A stretch of 64,000 nucleotides of DNA. Origin: Vitrella brassicaformis CCMP3155 (Eukaryota > Protista > Chromerida). This document shows, piece after piece, positions 33,806 through 46,471 of the stretch; position 1 is the first letter of the stretch; each line of letters begins with the position of its first letter. The notes beneath the pieces are model-generated. The model made no database searches. It was not told the origin of the DNA and saw only the letters and a program-made list of their open reading frames with translations. The stretch spans positions 124,001-188,000 of the forward strand of contig CDMY01000688.1 of the NCBI GenBank assembly GCA_001179505.1. Reading direction: 5' to 3'. The position numbers and the translations under genes were made by a program.

Positions 33806-34648
33806 CCATCTGTTGGACGTTGACATCCTTGAACTGAGAGAGGCTCCTGGCGCCGATCAGGTCGTCTTGGCTGTCCCACTTGATGACACTGCACACCATA
33901 CATCCACACATCAACGTGATCAGCAAATCGCCTGGGCGTCCGCTCCAGCTTACGGGGGTATCTTCCAGTCCGTCCCCTCCAGCTTCAAATCCGTGTTGAT
34001 CACTGTTCTGAGCGGCTGGTCGAGCGACTGGACCTGCTTGGATCCGCTAGCAGCAGCCATCTCTGGGCCATCCAGACCACAACCACACCCACATCACACC
34101 ATACACGTCGTCACGAAGACACCTCCCTCCCTCCCTCACCTGGCGCCAACGCAGGTAGTGACACCTCCAAAGCCTCCTCAACACGCGACATTAGCTGGTC
34201 AAACTCGCTCGACTGGCCGACCAAATGCCGCATCACCCTGAGGAACTTCTGCAGTGAGTCGGCCTCGCTGGACTGCCTGGTAAGATATCCCCTGATGATG
34301 TCGGTGCGCTCTCTGCCGAGGCAGGCTCAGCGGCGAGCACGTCCTCGAGCAGGTTCACGAGATGCTGACGGAGGGTGATGGGCGTGAAGGCCGCTTCGGG
34401 CAAGCGCAGCGCTGACAAGGAAAGACAAGCTGACGTGACATGACGGTGAGGCGTACGGCTGTGCTGTGGTCGTGTGTGTTGAATTTAACTCACCTGGTGC
34501 GGTGTGGTCGCTCCCGCCACTGGCCCCTCGATGCGAGCATCCCACAATTGACGATGGCGATGGTGGCGCCATAGCCCAGGCTGACGAATTCCTCAATGAC
34601 GGCCGCGAGGGTGTTGGGATGGTCGCGTGACAGCCCCTTGACATTCTC
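33806..34648 (-). pseudogene. C-terminal fragment of a C5 cytosine DNA methyltransferase-like gene (intron-containing, degenerate)
   Basis: Exon 34648-34494 reads ENVKGLSRDHPNTLAAVIEEFVSLGYGATIAIVNCGMLASRGQWRER, matching the spacing of motifs VI (ENV), VII (LGY) and VIII (Q-x-R-x-R). Later exons read SLDQPLRTVINT and NVQQMG. Motifs I and IV are absent; a stop and a phase mismatch are present. Confidence 0.55.
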
Positions 34649-35139
34649 TGAACACGCACATACAGACAGTCACCAACAAACAGACAGACAGAGACACATA
34701 CAATCTGTCTTATGAGTGATCGCATTGTCTTTTCCTGCTGATTTTTACATCGAATTTAAGCGGTCTTGGCCTTCGCCATTTTTCCCATTGTTGTAGGTGG
34801 CTGAAGGGTGGTGCTTGGCTCGCGGGCTTCTCGTCAATAGCTGGGCCACAATGCATCCCAAGCATGTGTCTCAAGACCACGATATGACTTGCGACCACAG
34901 CACACGACAACACAGCAATAGACGACTGAAGAATGGGACTATGGATATAAAATGTAGGCAGCCATGGGGGAAGTCGCCCTATCTTGAGCGGCCGTAACAC
35001 ACGCGGGCTCCTTCCTGGGCAGCCTCACACACACGACACCCAAGAAGGAGAGGTATATTCATGCTGTATACACATGAATCCAAAGATGCAGACCTGCGGA
35101 TACCTCTGGGTATGAGATAAAATCTCGTCTGGATATAAA

Positions 35140-36095
35140 ATGTAGGCACCGATGCCATCTTCTTCTTGTTGCCGGTGGCCGCTGCCTTGGTGGCCGTCTC
35201 TGTGACGGCGGCCGTGGGCGTGGGCGGCTCGTCAGCCATCACGCCATCGGTCGGCGACGCCGGCTGGGGGCCCTGCTCTTCCTGTCGCTGATGCTGCTTC
35301 TGCGGGTGCTCCTGCTGTGGGTGCTGATGCTGCTGTGGGCGGCATCGTTGGCCGGCTGCGGGCTGTTGCGAGCGCTCTGTGACGGCGCCATGGTGCGCTG
35401 CTCGTCGCTGCTGGCCTCCTTGTGCGGCCTGGGCGAGGGCTTCTCGCCCCCCTTGCCCAATCCCACGTTGGTGTGCCGTCTCTGGGACTGCGGGCTTGGG
35501 GGTCGTCTCCTCCTGCTCGCCGGTGTCCTCCGGCTTCGGCCTTGGCGCAATGTCGATAGAATCACGGCGAGCCGATAGGCCGGCGGCTGTGTTGCCCACA
35601 GCAGGAACTCGGCAAGCATCGTCATCTCGCTAGGCAGCCGCACGCGGCGCTGCCGGCTCGGGGGTCGCCTCCTCCTCCTGGCGGGTGTCCTCCTGGGCCG
35701 TGTCAGCGTCGCCGGCCCACAACTGACGAAACACCCAATACACACACACAACACAGATGCGCGTGAGGTCTGTCGGTCGGTCGGTCGGTCCGTTGGTCAC
35801 CTCACCTCGCACAGAGTGAGCCGAATCCATACATGAACGTCTCAAAAAGGCGAACCCCCACATCCCAAATACAAACACAACACACAAAACACAATCATCT
35901 GCGTAGGGGTATCCACTTCATGCCCTGCACGTCATGGACAACCACACGCAGCAACAAACAGAGTGCAAGCACATATTTTGTCATGATAGATACGCACAAT
36001 TTCTTACCCGGGGTGCCGTCCCGTATTGCATCCGGGCGCCTTCTGGCTGCCGCTGCACGGCCGCATCGCGCAGATTGGCCACCTCCTCGTCAGGC
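35140..36095 (-). pseudogene. Fragments homologous to the eIF4G-associated region at 25640-25920 and 26660-26720 (inverted)
   Basis: LPSEMTMLAEFLLWATQPPAYRL vs LPSEMTMLGEFLLWATQPPAYRL; DEEVANLRDAAVQRQPEGA vs EEVANLHDAVVQRQPGGA. Confidence 0.8.
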
Positions 36096-37789
36096 TTAGG
36101 GGCTGGGGAGGTGGGTTCTGTGGGGGGGCGGGACGGCGGGGCAAGGGACGCCTGACAGTTGGAAGGACATACAGAGCAGAGGTATTCACTCGCACGGCAT
36201 CCATATCTGTCTCACCTCGTCTGTCGGCTCTTGCGATGTGGGGGCAGTCTTGCCTGCCGGCAGCCCTGACGAACCCCCACATCTTAAATACAAACACAAA
36301 CACAACACACAAAACACAATCATCTGCGTAGGGGTATCCACTTCATGCCCTGCACGTCATGGACAACCACACGCAGCAACAGAGTGCAAGCATATCTTGT
36401 CATGATACGCACAATTACTGACCGGGGGTGCCCTCCCACTTTTCTCCCGCATGCCCGCAACGCCCTGGGGGTACCCTGTGGCCGTCTGCTGAGCCGCCAA
36501 CCTGATGGATGCATGGATCAATGCGCAGAAAGAGGAAGACACATGGCGACGTGTGTCATGCTGGTGTGACTTGTGTGAGTGTCTTACGCTGCCGCCTGTT
36601 GCTGCTGCTGAGGACCAGCCGCAGGTCGCGGGCCGCCAAGATGCACACCTGCACAAACAAACCACAGACACGAACGACTCAGCCAGACAGCCACGCTACA
36701 GCCGGCCAGGGGAGTTCATCCAAAACAAAAACACAGCCATTCACCCACCGAAAACACAAACACAGCCACGCACCCAAAACACAAACACAAAGCAGGCTTC
36801 ATGCACGAATTGGTATCCACTTCTTGCCCTGCACATCATGGACAGCCACACGCAGCAACAGAGTGCAAGCATATCTTGTCCTGATACGCACAATTACTTA
36901 CCGGGGGCGATGTTGTGCCGTTTTTCTTCCGCATGCCTATCCAAAACACACAAAACACCGACACAGCAACTTATTCAGCCTGTCAAAGTGACATAGAAGG
37001 CAGACAGCTCATGAGGAATCTATCTTCTGCATCAATCAGGCCCGCCATTCGATCGAGCTGATACCGACCTAAACCACAACGAATGGGGAGACACACGCGG
37101 GGACACACACTACCTAGCTGGCTACATGTGGCGGTGAAGTGTGTACCTTTTGGCCATGCTCTTGTAGAAGCGCTTGCGATCTATGAGTCGACGGGCAATC
37201 GATTGAAGAATGGGACTATGGATATGAAATGTAGGCAGCCATGGGCGGGGTCGCCCTGTCTTGAACGGCCGTAACACACGACCCTCAACCTTGAGACGCA
37301 GACACACAGAGCAATGAAGACAGTCCACACATATGCTTTCCCATCCTTACCATACTTGCCAACATCCCCTGATGGCCGAGCTGTGTCGAGGCAGGCCTGC
37401 AGGGCGAGCGGACAGACACACACACATCTCATGAGAATCTGTGCTATGAGTGATCGAATTGTTTTCTTGCCTGTCGTTGTAGTCGGGCCTCCTTGGCCCT
37501 CTGTGTCCTATATCGTTGTTTTCCCAGCCCTGGGACCCCCTTCTTAAAGGTAGCTGGTGGGTGGCGCTTGGGCTTCTTCTTCCTGCTCGTCTTGGCGTCC
37601 TCGCCCTCCTCGGCGATGGGCTTGGGGTCGGGGATGACGTCGCTGGCCGACCGCTTCACCGCCTCCTTGCCATCCTTGTCCTTTTTCTTTGGATTTCTCC
37701 TTCTCCTCGTCAACCAAAGCTGATTTTTTGCCACACACCACGCACAACACACAACACATCACACAGCCACAAAGCCATGGTGTATGTGC

Positions 37790-38150
37790 CTCTTCAGCAG
37801 CTGACCGGCCACAAGCTGTCCCAGGCTTAAGAGGTCGATTCTCTTGTCGTACGGCACACCCAAGACAACCTCTGGAGCGAGGTATGGCTTGATGGGCCCG
37901 CCGAATGTCGAGTCGATGTAGCTCTTCAGACCTGCACTCACCCATCCACAACGCACACACACCACACCGCATCAACGGTGGCGTGATGGCGCGTGTTCCG
38001 GTCAATGTGTGCCGTCTTGCTGCGTGGCCTTGTGGCCGAGCCAAGAAAATCTCTGGAGCGAGGTACCAAGGCATTGTGTTTCATGCGCATGTCTCCTCCT
38101 TGGGCAGGTTGTTGTCATCGAAGTGAAGCTTCCCGGCCTGCTGGAAGACA
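37790..38150 (-). pseudogene. Two degenerate protein-kinase activation-loop fragments
   Basis: GLKSYIDSTFGGPIKPYLAPEVVLGVPYDKRIDLLSLG (subdomains VII-IX-like) and GKLHFDD...ETCA*NTMPWYLAPEIFL. No intact HRD or DFG motif. Confidence 0.6.
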
Positions 38151-40263
38151 GAAAGATTAATGAGAAATTAAAATCTGTCTCTTTTTCTTCGGCTTCTTTT
38201 CGCCGGACCAAAGGAAACGCATATCTGGAAAGCAGCAGACAGGGACTCTGACGTGCGCGTCAACACCAAACTCAATGAGGCAGTCACCCACCTCACCCAC
38301 CTAAAGAGAAATGCATCGAGAAAAAGAGACGGGTATAAGAAAAAGGCCACCAGTTCATCTGCACGCACAAACACGGCAACAGAGGGCATCTGAGCACACC
38401 CATGGCAACGAAATGCACCATGTAATCATCCCTACAAATCATCCGCACGCCACACCGTCACCGCACCCAAGAGACATGACGCACGAGGCCACACTCATAT
38501 GTACTCACCTGTTGGAGGTCGGTTTGGGCGAAAAGAAGGCGCGTGCGCACTCTGCAGGCGCCAGGAAGACACCAGTCACTCAGCAGAAGGCAGGGCGTCA
38601 GCAAACACGGCCTCACCCGGGGCACGGCGGTGGAGGAACGAAGTGACGGATGACGTCCGGACGAGTTGGGAGGGGTAGAGGAGGATGAGGAAGGTCATAC
38701 AAGCCAACAACCAGCCGAAAAGAAAGAGAGACGGAGGAGATGTGGCCGAAACAAGGCTGGAAAGCGAACGCGGACGAAAAATGTGAAAAATGGACTGCGA
38801 GCTCGTGAATCTTGTCGCCGTCTCAGCTCGCGAAAATCTCGCCACTGGCGATTTCCCACGTGCAGGCATCGCGTTGAGACAACAGGGGACGAGAGAGAAC
38901 ACACGCTGATAGAAGAGCAGGGAATAACAGACAAAAGCAACAGTTTCCATTTGCCGCCTCCGTTTGCTTCTTGGCGATTCACCGCTTCAGTACCCCCTCT
39001 CTCTCCTCTCTGCAATGAAACAAACAAAGTCGCTAGGCTGTGTGCTGATTCCTCCACAATTGGCAGTCGACTACGAGTCATGCACGATCATTATGCCATT
39101 GCCCCGGGCCGGGCCGTGGCTTGAGAGGCTGAGCGCCTGGGTGCTGATTCTTGACAATGGCGGCAATGGCCGTGACAACGAGGAAATCGAAACGTGGTGC
39201 GAGCGCAGGAACCGCCAAGGAAAACGGGAGGATGTGGCCGCCTTCCATCCCCCACCTGGCCCACAAATTTCGTTACGTCGACCCGAGGGGCGAGCTGCTC
39301 CATCCAACCGAGTGTTGTCGACTTGTTTGACCGAGTGCGCGATCCCCCGGCCATGCAGCAGTTGATGCATTCACTTGCAAGCACACGTGTCAGTCACACA
39401 GAGTGTTATACATATACACGTACGCACATCAAGGGGAGGAGCGCCAGGCAGGCAGCACACCGCAGTGGACACAACGCAATGCACCTCATGCACACAAAAG
39501 CATGGCATGATCATGATGCCGACCACCAACACACGTACACAATCGCGAGAGAGAAGGTAGGAAGATACATAGATAGGCAGAAAGGTATAGTGAGGCCACG
39601 CGCGAATCCATCCACTGGACACACGCAAACCACAGCACTCTCCGCTCCCCCTCTCTCTCGCGTCCACTGCTCTGAGCACAGACCACTCACCGATGGAGCC
39701 GTCAATCGGGACGGCCTCACTCACAGCCCACCCCACCTGCCATTCCCATCCGTCCACCTACCCACCCAGTGGTCAGTCACATCAATCGTGGGGCATCCGA
39801 CGCTCCGCTCCCCGGGCGTGGCGTGAAAAAACCCATGACCGCCGACAGAACAGAACAGGTGGCTCGATAATGAGTAGGTAGGTGGATGGATGACGGACGC
39901 TGTCTGCCTGTCTGCCTACCTGCCTTGGTGCCTTGGTGGAGTGAGTGAGAGCTCTCATGCCATGCGTGTGTGCTGAAAACTCCTGTCTGTCGGCCACCGT
40001 CATGGTTGCTGCCTGGCCTCCCTCCCTTGGTCATAAACTCACCAAAGAAAGGGTCATACAAGTGCATGCACGCACCACATTAGACAACACAACACTCCCT
40101 ACGCAATCAATACCAACTCTCCCCGGGACACACACGCGCCAAAACGGCACAGATGCACCCTCACTCAGAGAGGGGGTTACGGAGAGATCAGTCTCGACGT
40201 ATGCAAGGGAGTCTTGTGTGTGTCCCGTCTGCCTCGTGTGTCTCTCGTCGTGAGTTGGTCGTG

Positions 40264-43200
40264 TTAGTTGTTGCCCCACTGGCTGCCTTGTCCGCCGCTT
40301 TGCTGGCCCTGCTGCTGGGAGTAGTACTGCTGGTGGCTCTGCTGCGGCTGTTGGTAGCTGCCGGCGCCCGATGGCTGGCCGCCCTGGGCCTGAGATGAGA
40401 GAGGCACACACCACACACGCACCCACAACAGCCATCCATCGTCGGCCGCACTCGTGTTCACACACATACACAATAAGCGCACCTACCTGTCCATAGCCCT
40501 GCATGCCCTGCATGTAGCCAGATCCGTAGCCGCCGCCAGAGGATGTCAGGCTGCCCATGCCCCTCTGGCCGTACATCTGGCCGGCCGCCTGCTGACCGCC
40601 GGCCATGCCGCCCATGGCGGCACCGTAACCGCCGAAACCAGATCCAGCACGACCATAGTCAGGTTGCCTGAATTGTCGATATATCACAGCAGAGAGCGGA
40701 CAGAGAGAGACGCGTGTGGTGTGGGACTGACTGGATCGTTCGCCAGCCAGCCTGCTTGCCTGACTATCCATCAGATCTGTCTTACCCAGTGGCTTGTGCG
40801 GTGCGTTGCTGCTGCTGCTGCTGAGCGGCCGACATCTGCTGGTGGCCGCCTGCAGCCCCCTGCTGCATGCCCATCTGGCTGGCGGAGAGGCCGCTGCCCT
40901 GCTGGGAGTAGCCGTACATGGTGCCCTGCTGACTGTAGTACCCTGACGACGCACACACACACACACACATACATACATCCAAAAATGAAGAGTGAGTAGA
41001 GCGAGTATCGAGTGTCGGTCGGAATGTTGTTCGTCACACTCACCGCTTTGGCTGCCCTGAGCCCCAGCGCGTGCCTGGCCACGGCCGGCGCCCATCATGG
41101 CCTGGGGGTTGCTCTGGATGTGGGACAAGCCGCCTGCACAAATCACAGCGCAAGACAACACAACACAACACATCACATCATGAGCATTCTTTTCATCTGC
41201 CATCCTTCCTTCCTCCTTATTTATCTATCTCACCGCCGGTGGTCTGCTGGGTCGAGCCGGTTTGCTGGGATGGCTGTGCAGTCCCTGCCTGGCCCTGCTG
41301 CTGCTGGGACTGCGCCTGCTGCTGCTGGCCGTAAGGGTGCGTATAGGACGAGCTCGCCTGCTGCCCAATCGCGCCGCCCTGCATGCCCATCTGGCGCGAG
41401 TACGCGTCACCGCCCATACCCTACACACACAACACACGACACACAGACATGCGCAGCGCACATTAGATAGATGCATTTGGTGGTGAACCGATGATGTGAG
41501 GGTACCGTACCTGCTGTTGGTCTCTCTGCGACTGCTGGAACTGCTGCTGCATCATGTGCTGTGGGTAGGCGGAGGCCTGCTGGGCCTGTGGGTGCGGCTG
41601 CTGGTAGGACTGCTGCATAGCGGCGGCATGGGCCAGGTCCTGCGTGCCCTGGGGGCTTGATGCAGGGTTGACAACCGCACTCGACGACGTGGCACCTGGA
41701 GACATACATGGACACGAACGATGATCGAGTTGAGTTGAGTTGCTCTCTTGCCGTGTCTCCCTCCATGGTCTGTGCATACCAGCAGTGGATGGCTGGGCGC
41801 CGCCCATATGCTGCCCATACATGTGCTGCTGCATGAGGAGCTGTTGTTGCTGCTGCTGGTACTGGCTCGTCTGGTCGGCGTAGTCAGCACCAGTGGTCTC
41901 ACCACCACCACCATACACACCTGCGCGCACACGTACAAGACACTCATCTCATGAGTGTGCTGCTACCATGCAATGTGTCGAATTCATCAGGTACCTGGGT
42001 GCTGGGCGTATCCAGCCCACTGCTGCCGCTGCTGGCTCTGCGCACTGGTGACCGCACCGCTCGTCGACGCACCAACGCCCTGAGACGAAGCTGCATAGCA
42101 CAGCGCACACCGAGACACGACCAGACCGATGGACAGAGCAGGTCGGTGAGTGGCTTTGGCGCGTGTTGTGTTGTATTGTGTGGGCCGACCTTGTGGCGCA
42201 TTCGGCAGCATGCCCGGTGGCCCCGCAGCCGCCGCCATCTGCTGCTGCCCCGGCTGCTGGACGGGCGTCTGCTGGGCAGTCTGCTTGGACACGTCGTAGC
42301 CCGGCTGCTGTTGCTGCTGTTGCTGTTGCTGCTGTTGGTGCTGCAGTTGTTGTTGTTGGTGCTGCGCCAGTGCCTGGGCGTACTGCATCTGCTGCTGCGG
42401 CGTCATGTTGGCCATGTTCATATACATGCTCGGGTTGATCATGCCCTGAATGAAATCGATCCCACATTTGGGAGGGAGAGAGGCATCCCATCCACACCAC
42501 ACACGCACCTCCTCACTCACCTGGTTGCCCATCATGTAGGCCTGGAGCTGCTGGGGATTGTAGCCCGCAACACCCTGGGGATACCCTGTGGCCGCCGTCG
42601 GGTACATGCCGCCCACACCGTACGCAGCCGCAGTTGACGCTTGAGCCGCCGCCTGAACAACACAACACACATAGCACTTGTGTGGACAGACTGTGTTGAC
42701 CACAGCCGATAGAAACGCCCTCCCCGTCGTGGCTGACGTACCTGTGACTGTCCTGGGTAGACGGGCTGCTGCTGCTGAGCCACCGGGGCCTTCTGCTGAG
42801 CCGCCAACCTGATGGATGGATGGATGGATCAATGCACAGCTGGCGTGACTTGTGTGAGTGTCTTACGCTGCCGCCTGTTGCTGCTGCTGTGCCGTCTGTG
42901 CCTGTCCTGTCACCTGGTCCTTGGCTGCCTGAGCGCCAGGCGCAACCGCACTGGCCGCAGCAGCGTTCAAACCTGAACCAACAAAGAAGAACCACACATG
43001 CATTGCATTGCAGGTGAGGGCAGGACACTGATGCATTCATTCGTTCATTCCACCAACCACCCCACCCACCGGCAAAGGCAGTGGTGCTCCCACCGGCTTG
43101 ACCACCCCCCACGGCCTGCTGCTGGACACCCGTGCCATACGAACCCGGAAAGGCTCCATAGCCCGGCTGCGGCAGACCCGCCTGGGCGGCCGGACGCTGC

Positions 43201-46173
43201 TGCTGGACCTGCTGCTGCGCCTGCTGCTGGGCCTGTTGCTGGGCTGCTGTCTGTTGCTGAGCCGCCGCCGTGGCCTGGGGGGCTTGGGGGAACCACTGGC
43301 TGCCCTGAGCCACCTGCTGCTGGGCCTGGGCCTGGGCCTGCTGCTGCTGGTGCTGTTGTGACTGGGGAGTGGGCTGGGCGACAGTAGGGTACGCAGCGGG
43401 CTTGGGCGGCTGTTGCTGCTGCTGCTGCATGTAGGCGGCGTAGGGGCCATAGCCCACCTGCCCTCCAGCAGCGGCAGCCGTGGCCGTCCCGACCTGGGCA
43501 GCCGCAGTGGCCGCACCGGGTGCCTTGTCGTCCTTGGCGGCCTGGGGAGTCTGCACCTGCTGCTGAGTCGCCGTCTGCTGAGGCTGCGGCGTAGTGGCCT
43601 GCGCCTGTGCGGCTGCTGGCGGGGCGCCGGCGAACTTGGGCACTTGGCTGGGTGCGGGCGGAGTGGGGCCGACAGCAGGGGCAGCCTCGGGCTTGGCCGA
43701 CGGAGATGGCAGCTGCATACCAGGGGGGCCACCTAGACGAACGAACGAAGAGGGAGCGATGGAATATGCGCACAGGAAGCAAATAATTGTGCCGGGTGAG
43801 GTGAGAGGTGGCGCTTCGCCTACCGTATGGTTTCGGCTGCTGCTGCTGCTGCTGCTGCGATGCCTGTGATGTCTGTGAGGTCTGGGTGACGGCCTCAACG
43901 CGATTGCCACCCTGCGACAACACAGCACATGCACCACAGACGACAGTCTGGTGACACGAACATCGTTGCTTGACGGGTCTTGGTTTCTGACCACTGGCGG
44001 CACAGCAGCAGGAGGAGGCGCCTGGGGAGCAGCCACCGGCCCCTGCACAGGTGCGTCCGCAACAGGCTTGCTCTCCGCCTCCTTGGGCCCCCCCTTCCCC
44101 CCGAAGTCGCCGAAGAAGAGTTGTGGCTTGGTGATGGTGCCGAACTGCAGACCGCCAGAAGGACCGCTCGCACCGGCAGATCCGCCAGGCAACACCACAG
44201 AAGGCTGCAGCCAGCCAAACCCATACAACAAGGGAAGAGAGGGACAGGTGAAATGTGGGTGGGGTTTGAATGAAGAGTGGATGGATGTTGACTTGACCTT
44301 GGCTTACTCGTGCGCTGGAAGTGGGCAGTTCTACAGCCTGAGACGGCGGCGCCTTCCTGGGAGCCGCGGGCGCGGCGGGCGCAGCAGGGGCTGCCCGGCC
44401 CGTCGGCGAACCACTGAACAACAAGCACACAACACAATGAGGCACACAAGGAGACCGATGAGACCTGTCTGTCTGTGATATCACCTGGTGGCGACTGCAC
44501 TTGCAACAGCAGGAGCGCGGGAAGGCTCAGAGGGCTTGGGCGCAGCAGCCTCGGCTGCAGCAGCAGGTGGGTGCACGCCGAGTGCCTTCATGATGTCCAT
44601 GCCGCCCTCTCGACCGGTCTTAGGCACTTCCTGGGGCTGCTGTGGATCGATGGGGGTCTTGGGCGTGATGGGCGTCACCAGACCCACAGCCACACCTATA
44701 CATACAAGAGACATACATAGAGAGAATGACAGACAAGGCACGCGCGTCGCGTCCATGTGCGGTGCGAGAGATGGGTGTGTGTGTGTATGTGGCGTATGTG
44801 GTGTATGTGTCGTACCATTTGGCCCTTGTCTGCCTGGCTTGGCCGCCCACTTGGCTTGAGGTGAAGGACTGGGCACCTTGGCCGACGCACGGCTTGCCGC
44901 ATCCCCCCAGCCCATGGGCGCCCTTTTGGCCGGGTCGACAGGGGAGGCCTTGAAGCTCTTGGGCTCCGTCACGCGAGTGCCGTTGGTGGCGCCGCGGCCG
45001 AAACCGTTGGTGGGCGGGCCTGGCGATTCGCCGTTGTCCTCGGGCGACGCTCCCTTGGGCTCGCTGGCTTGGCCTGTATGCAGCGAAACGTATCACACAA
45101 CACATGTGTGTGTGTGCGTGTGTGTGTGTGTGTGTGTGTTCTGTGTCGGCCTCGCCCGTCATCTCATTTACCTTGGTTCCATGCGTCAGCAAGCTCATCT
45201 TGAGGCTCATGGCCGTCGAAGCCCGCCTTGGGACGGATCAGAGGCTGCAGACCGCCAGGAGGACCAGCCGCAGGCCGCGGGCCGCCAAGATGCATACCTG
45301 CAGGCACAAACAAACCACAATGAATGCACTCACAATGCACTCATGGATGAACACACATGCACCCCATCCCATCCCATCCCATCACCCACACGTCGTGTCG
45401 TGTGTATGTGTGTGTGCGTACCTCTGCCAGGCAAGGGAGCGGCTCCCGCGCCTCTGCCTCTGCCGGCGCCGGTCGGTGGCGGCTTGTTGGCTCCGAATGC
45501 GTTCGCAGTGGGAGCGGGGGTGAGGCCGGGGATGTAGCGCTGCTTGGCGGCCTCCTGCTGCTCCTTCTCCTGCTGCTCCCGCTTGGCCTTGGCTCGCTCT
45601 CGCTTGGCGGCCTTGTTCAGGGGCTGCTGCCACTCCTCGTTCTCATGGCCCTTCTTGTCCTGCAAGATGTTCCACACCGCCATCTCGACCTGAGGAGTCA
45701 AGGAGAGAGGGAGGGAGAGAGGGAGGGAGAGAGGGAGGGAGGGATTCAGACATGCATATGATGATTCATGCGGTGAATGGAGCGTGTGTGCGTGTGTGTG
45801 CACGTGCCTGTGCCTGGTCGTATCCGCATCTCTTGACGAGGTTCTGTATGTCCTCATCGGAGTAGCCATACGGGTCAAGGAGAGGCTTGACATTGCCGGC
45901 AATCACCTGGATGTCCCCCGCACCGCCCTCGCCAGAGCTGCTGCCGTTGGCCTTCTTCCCTCCCCCCTTGTCACCCTTGTCGCCCTTATCGGCCTTGTCG
46001 GCCTTGGTTGACGATACCGGCTGGTTGCTGGAGCTGCTGCCTCCCTCGTTGACATCCTCGGCGCTCGCACCAGGTGTCTCATCTTTGCGCTTGGATGCGG
46101 CAGCTGCCTGCTTCTCCTTTGCCTTGTCGGCGTCGCCGTCCTGCTTGCTCTTCCCTTTCCCTTTACCCGACAT
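40264..46173 (-). CDS. Def1/UBAP2L(Lingerer)-like protein: N-terminal UBA/CUE-like domain, long Gln/Gly/Tyr/Pro-rich prion-like C-terminus; many exons
   Basis: Start MSGKGKGKSKQ; LLDPYGYSDEDIQNLVKRCGYDQAQ|VEMAVWNILQDKKGHENEEW...K (helical UBA/CUE-like unit followed by the W...K motif typical of Def1/UBAP2L-type proteins). Ends QGSQWGNN* (TAA 40264-40266). Confidence 0.7.
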
Positions 46174-46471
46174 GACCGACCACTGCTTGGCTTGCTGATC
46201 ACTCACTGGCCTGGCGAGAGCGCCGCGACGACGGATGAGACACGACCACAGACAGATACGCTGGACAGATTGACGGACTAGACGAATGAACGGGGAGGCA
46301 AGGAGAGCCGGGGTGGCAGGGAGATAGATCTGCGAGCTGGCGAGGCGGTTCTCTGGGTTTCGAAACCCTGCAGGTTTGGGGAGGCAGCCGGGTAGTCTTC
46401 TATGGCGAGTCGGCAAAAAACCACATCAGCACTCTGCCGCCCCCCCGCAGCTCAAGGGCCTCGTGAGCGTC

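Larger units (their letters stand above)
30225..36905. repeat. Repeat family 2: intron-like module of about 90 bp, five copies
   Basis: cacttcatg(g/c)cctgcacgtcatggacaaccacacgcagcaacagagtgcaagcatatcttgtcatgat...cgcacaatt at about 32761, 35917, 36340 and 36817, and inverted at 30225-30310. It begins with a GTAAG/GTCAG donor on the sense strand. Confidence 0.9.
33300..37310. repeat. Repeat family 1: direct repeat of about 390 bp (33300-33685 and 36950-37310) plus dispersed cores
   Basis: Core aagaatgggactatggatataaaatgtaggcagccatggg at about 30529, 33570, 34929 and 37206; shorter ggatataaaatgtaggc at 32596 and 35131. Confidence 0.9.

Noticed and set aside
30529-37245. CRISPR array from the recurring 40-bp core
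   Set aside because: Spacing is irregular and on a kb scale, the context is eukaryotic, and there are no cas genes.
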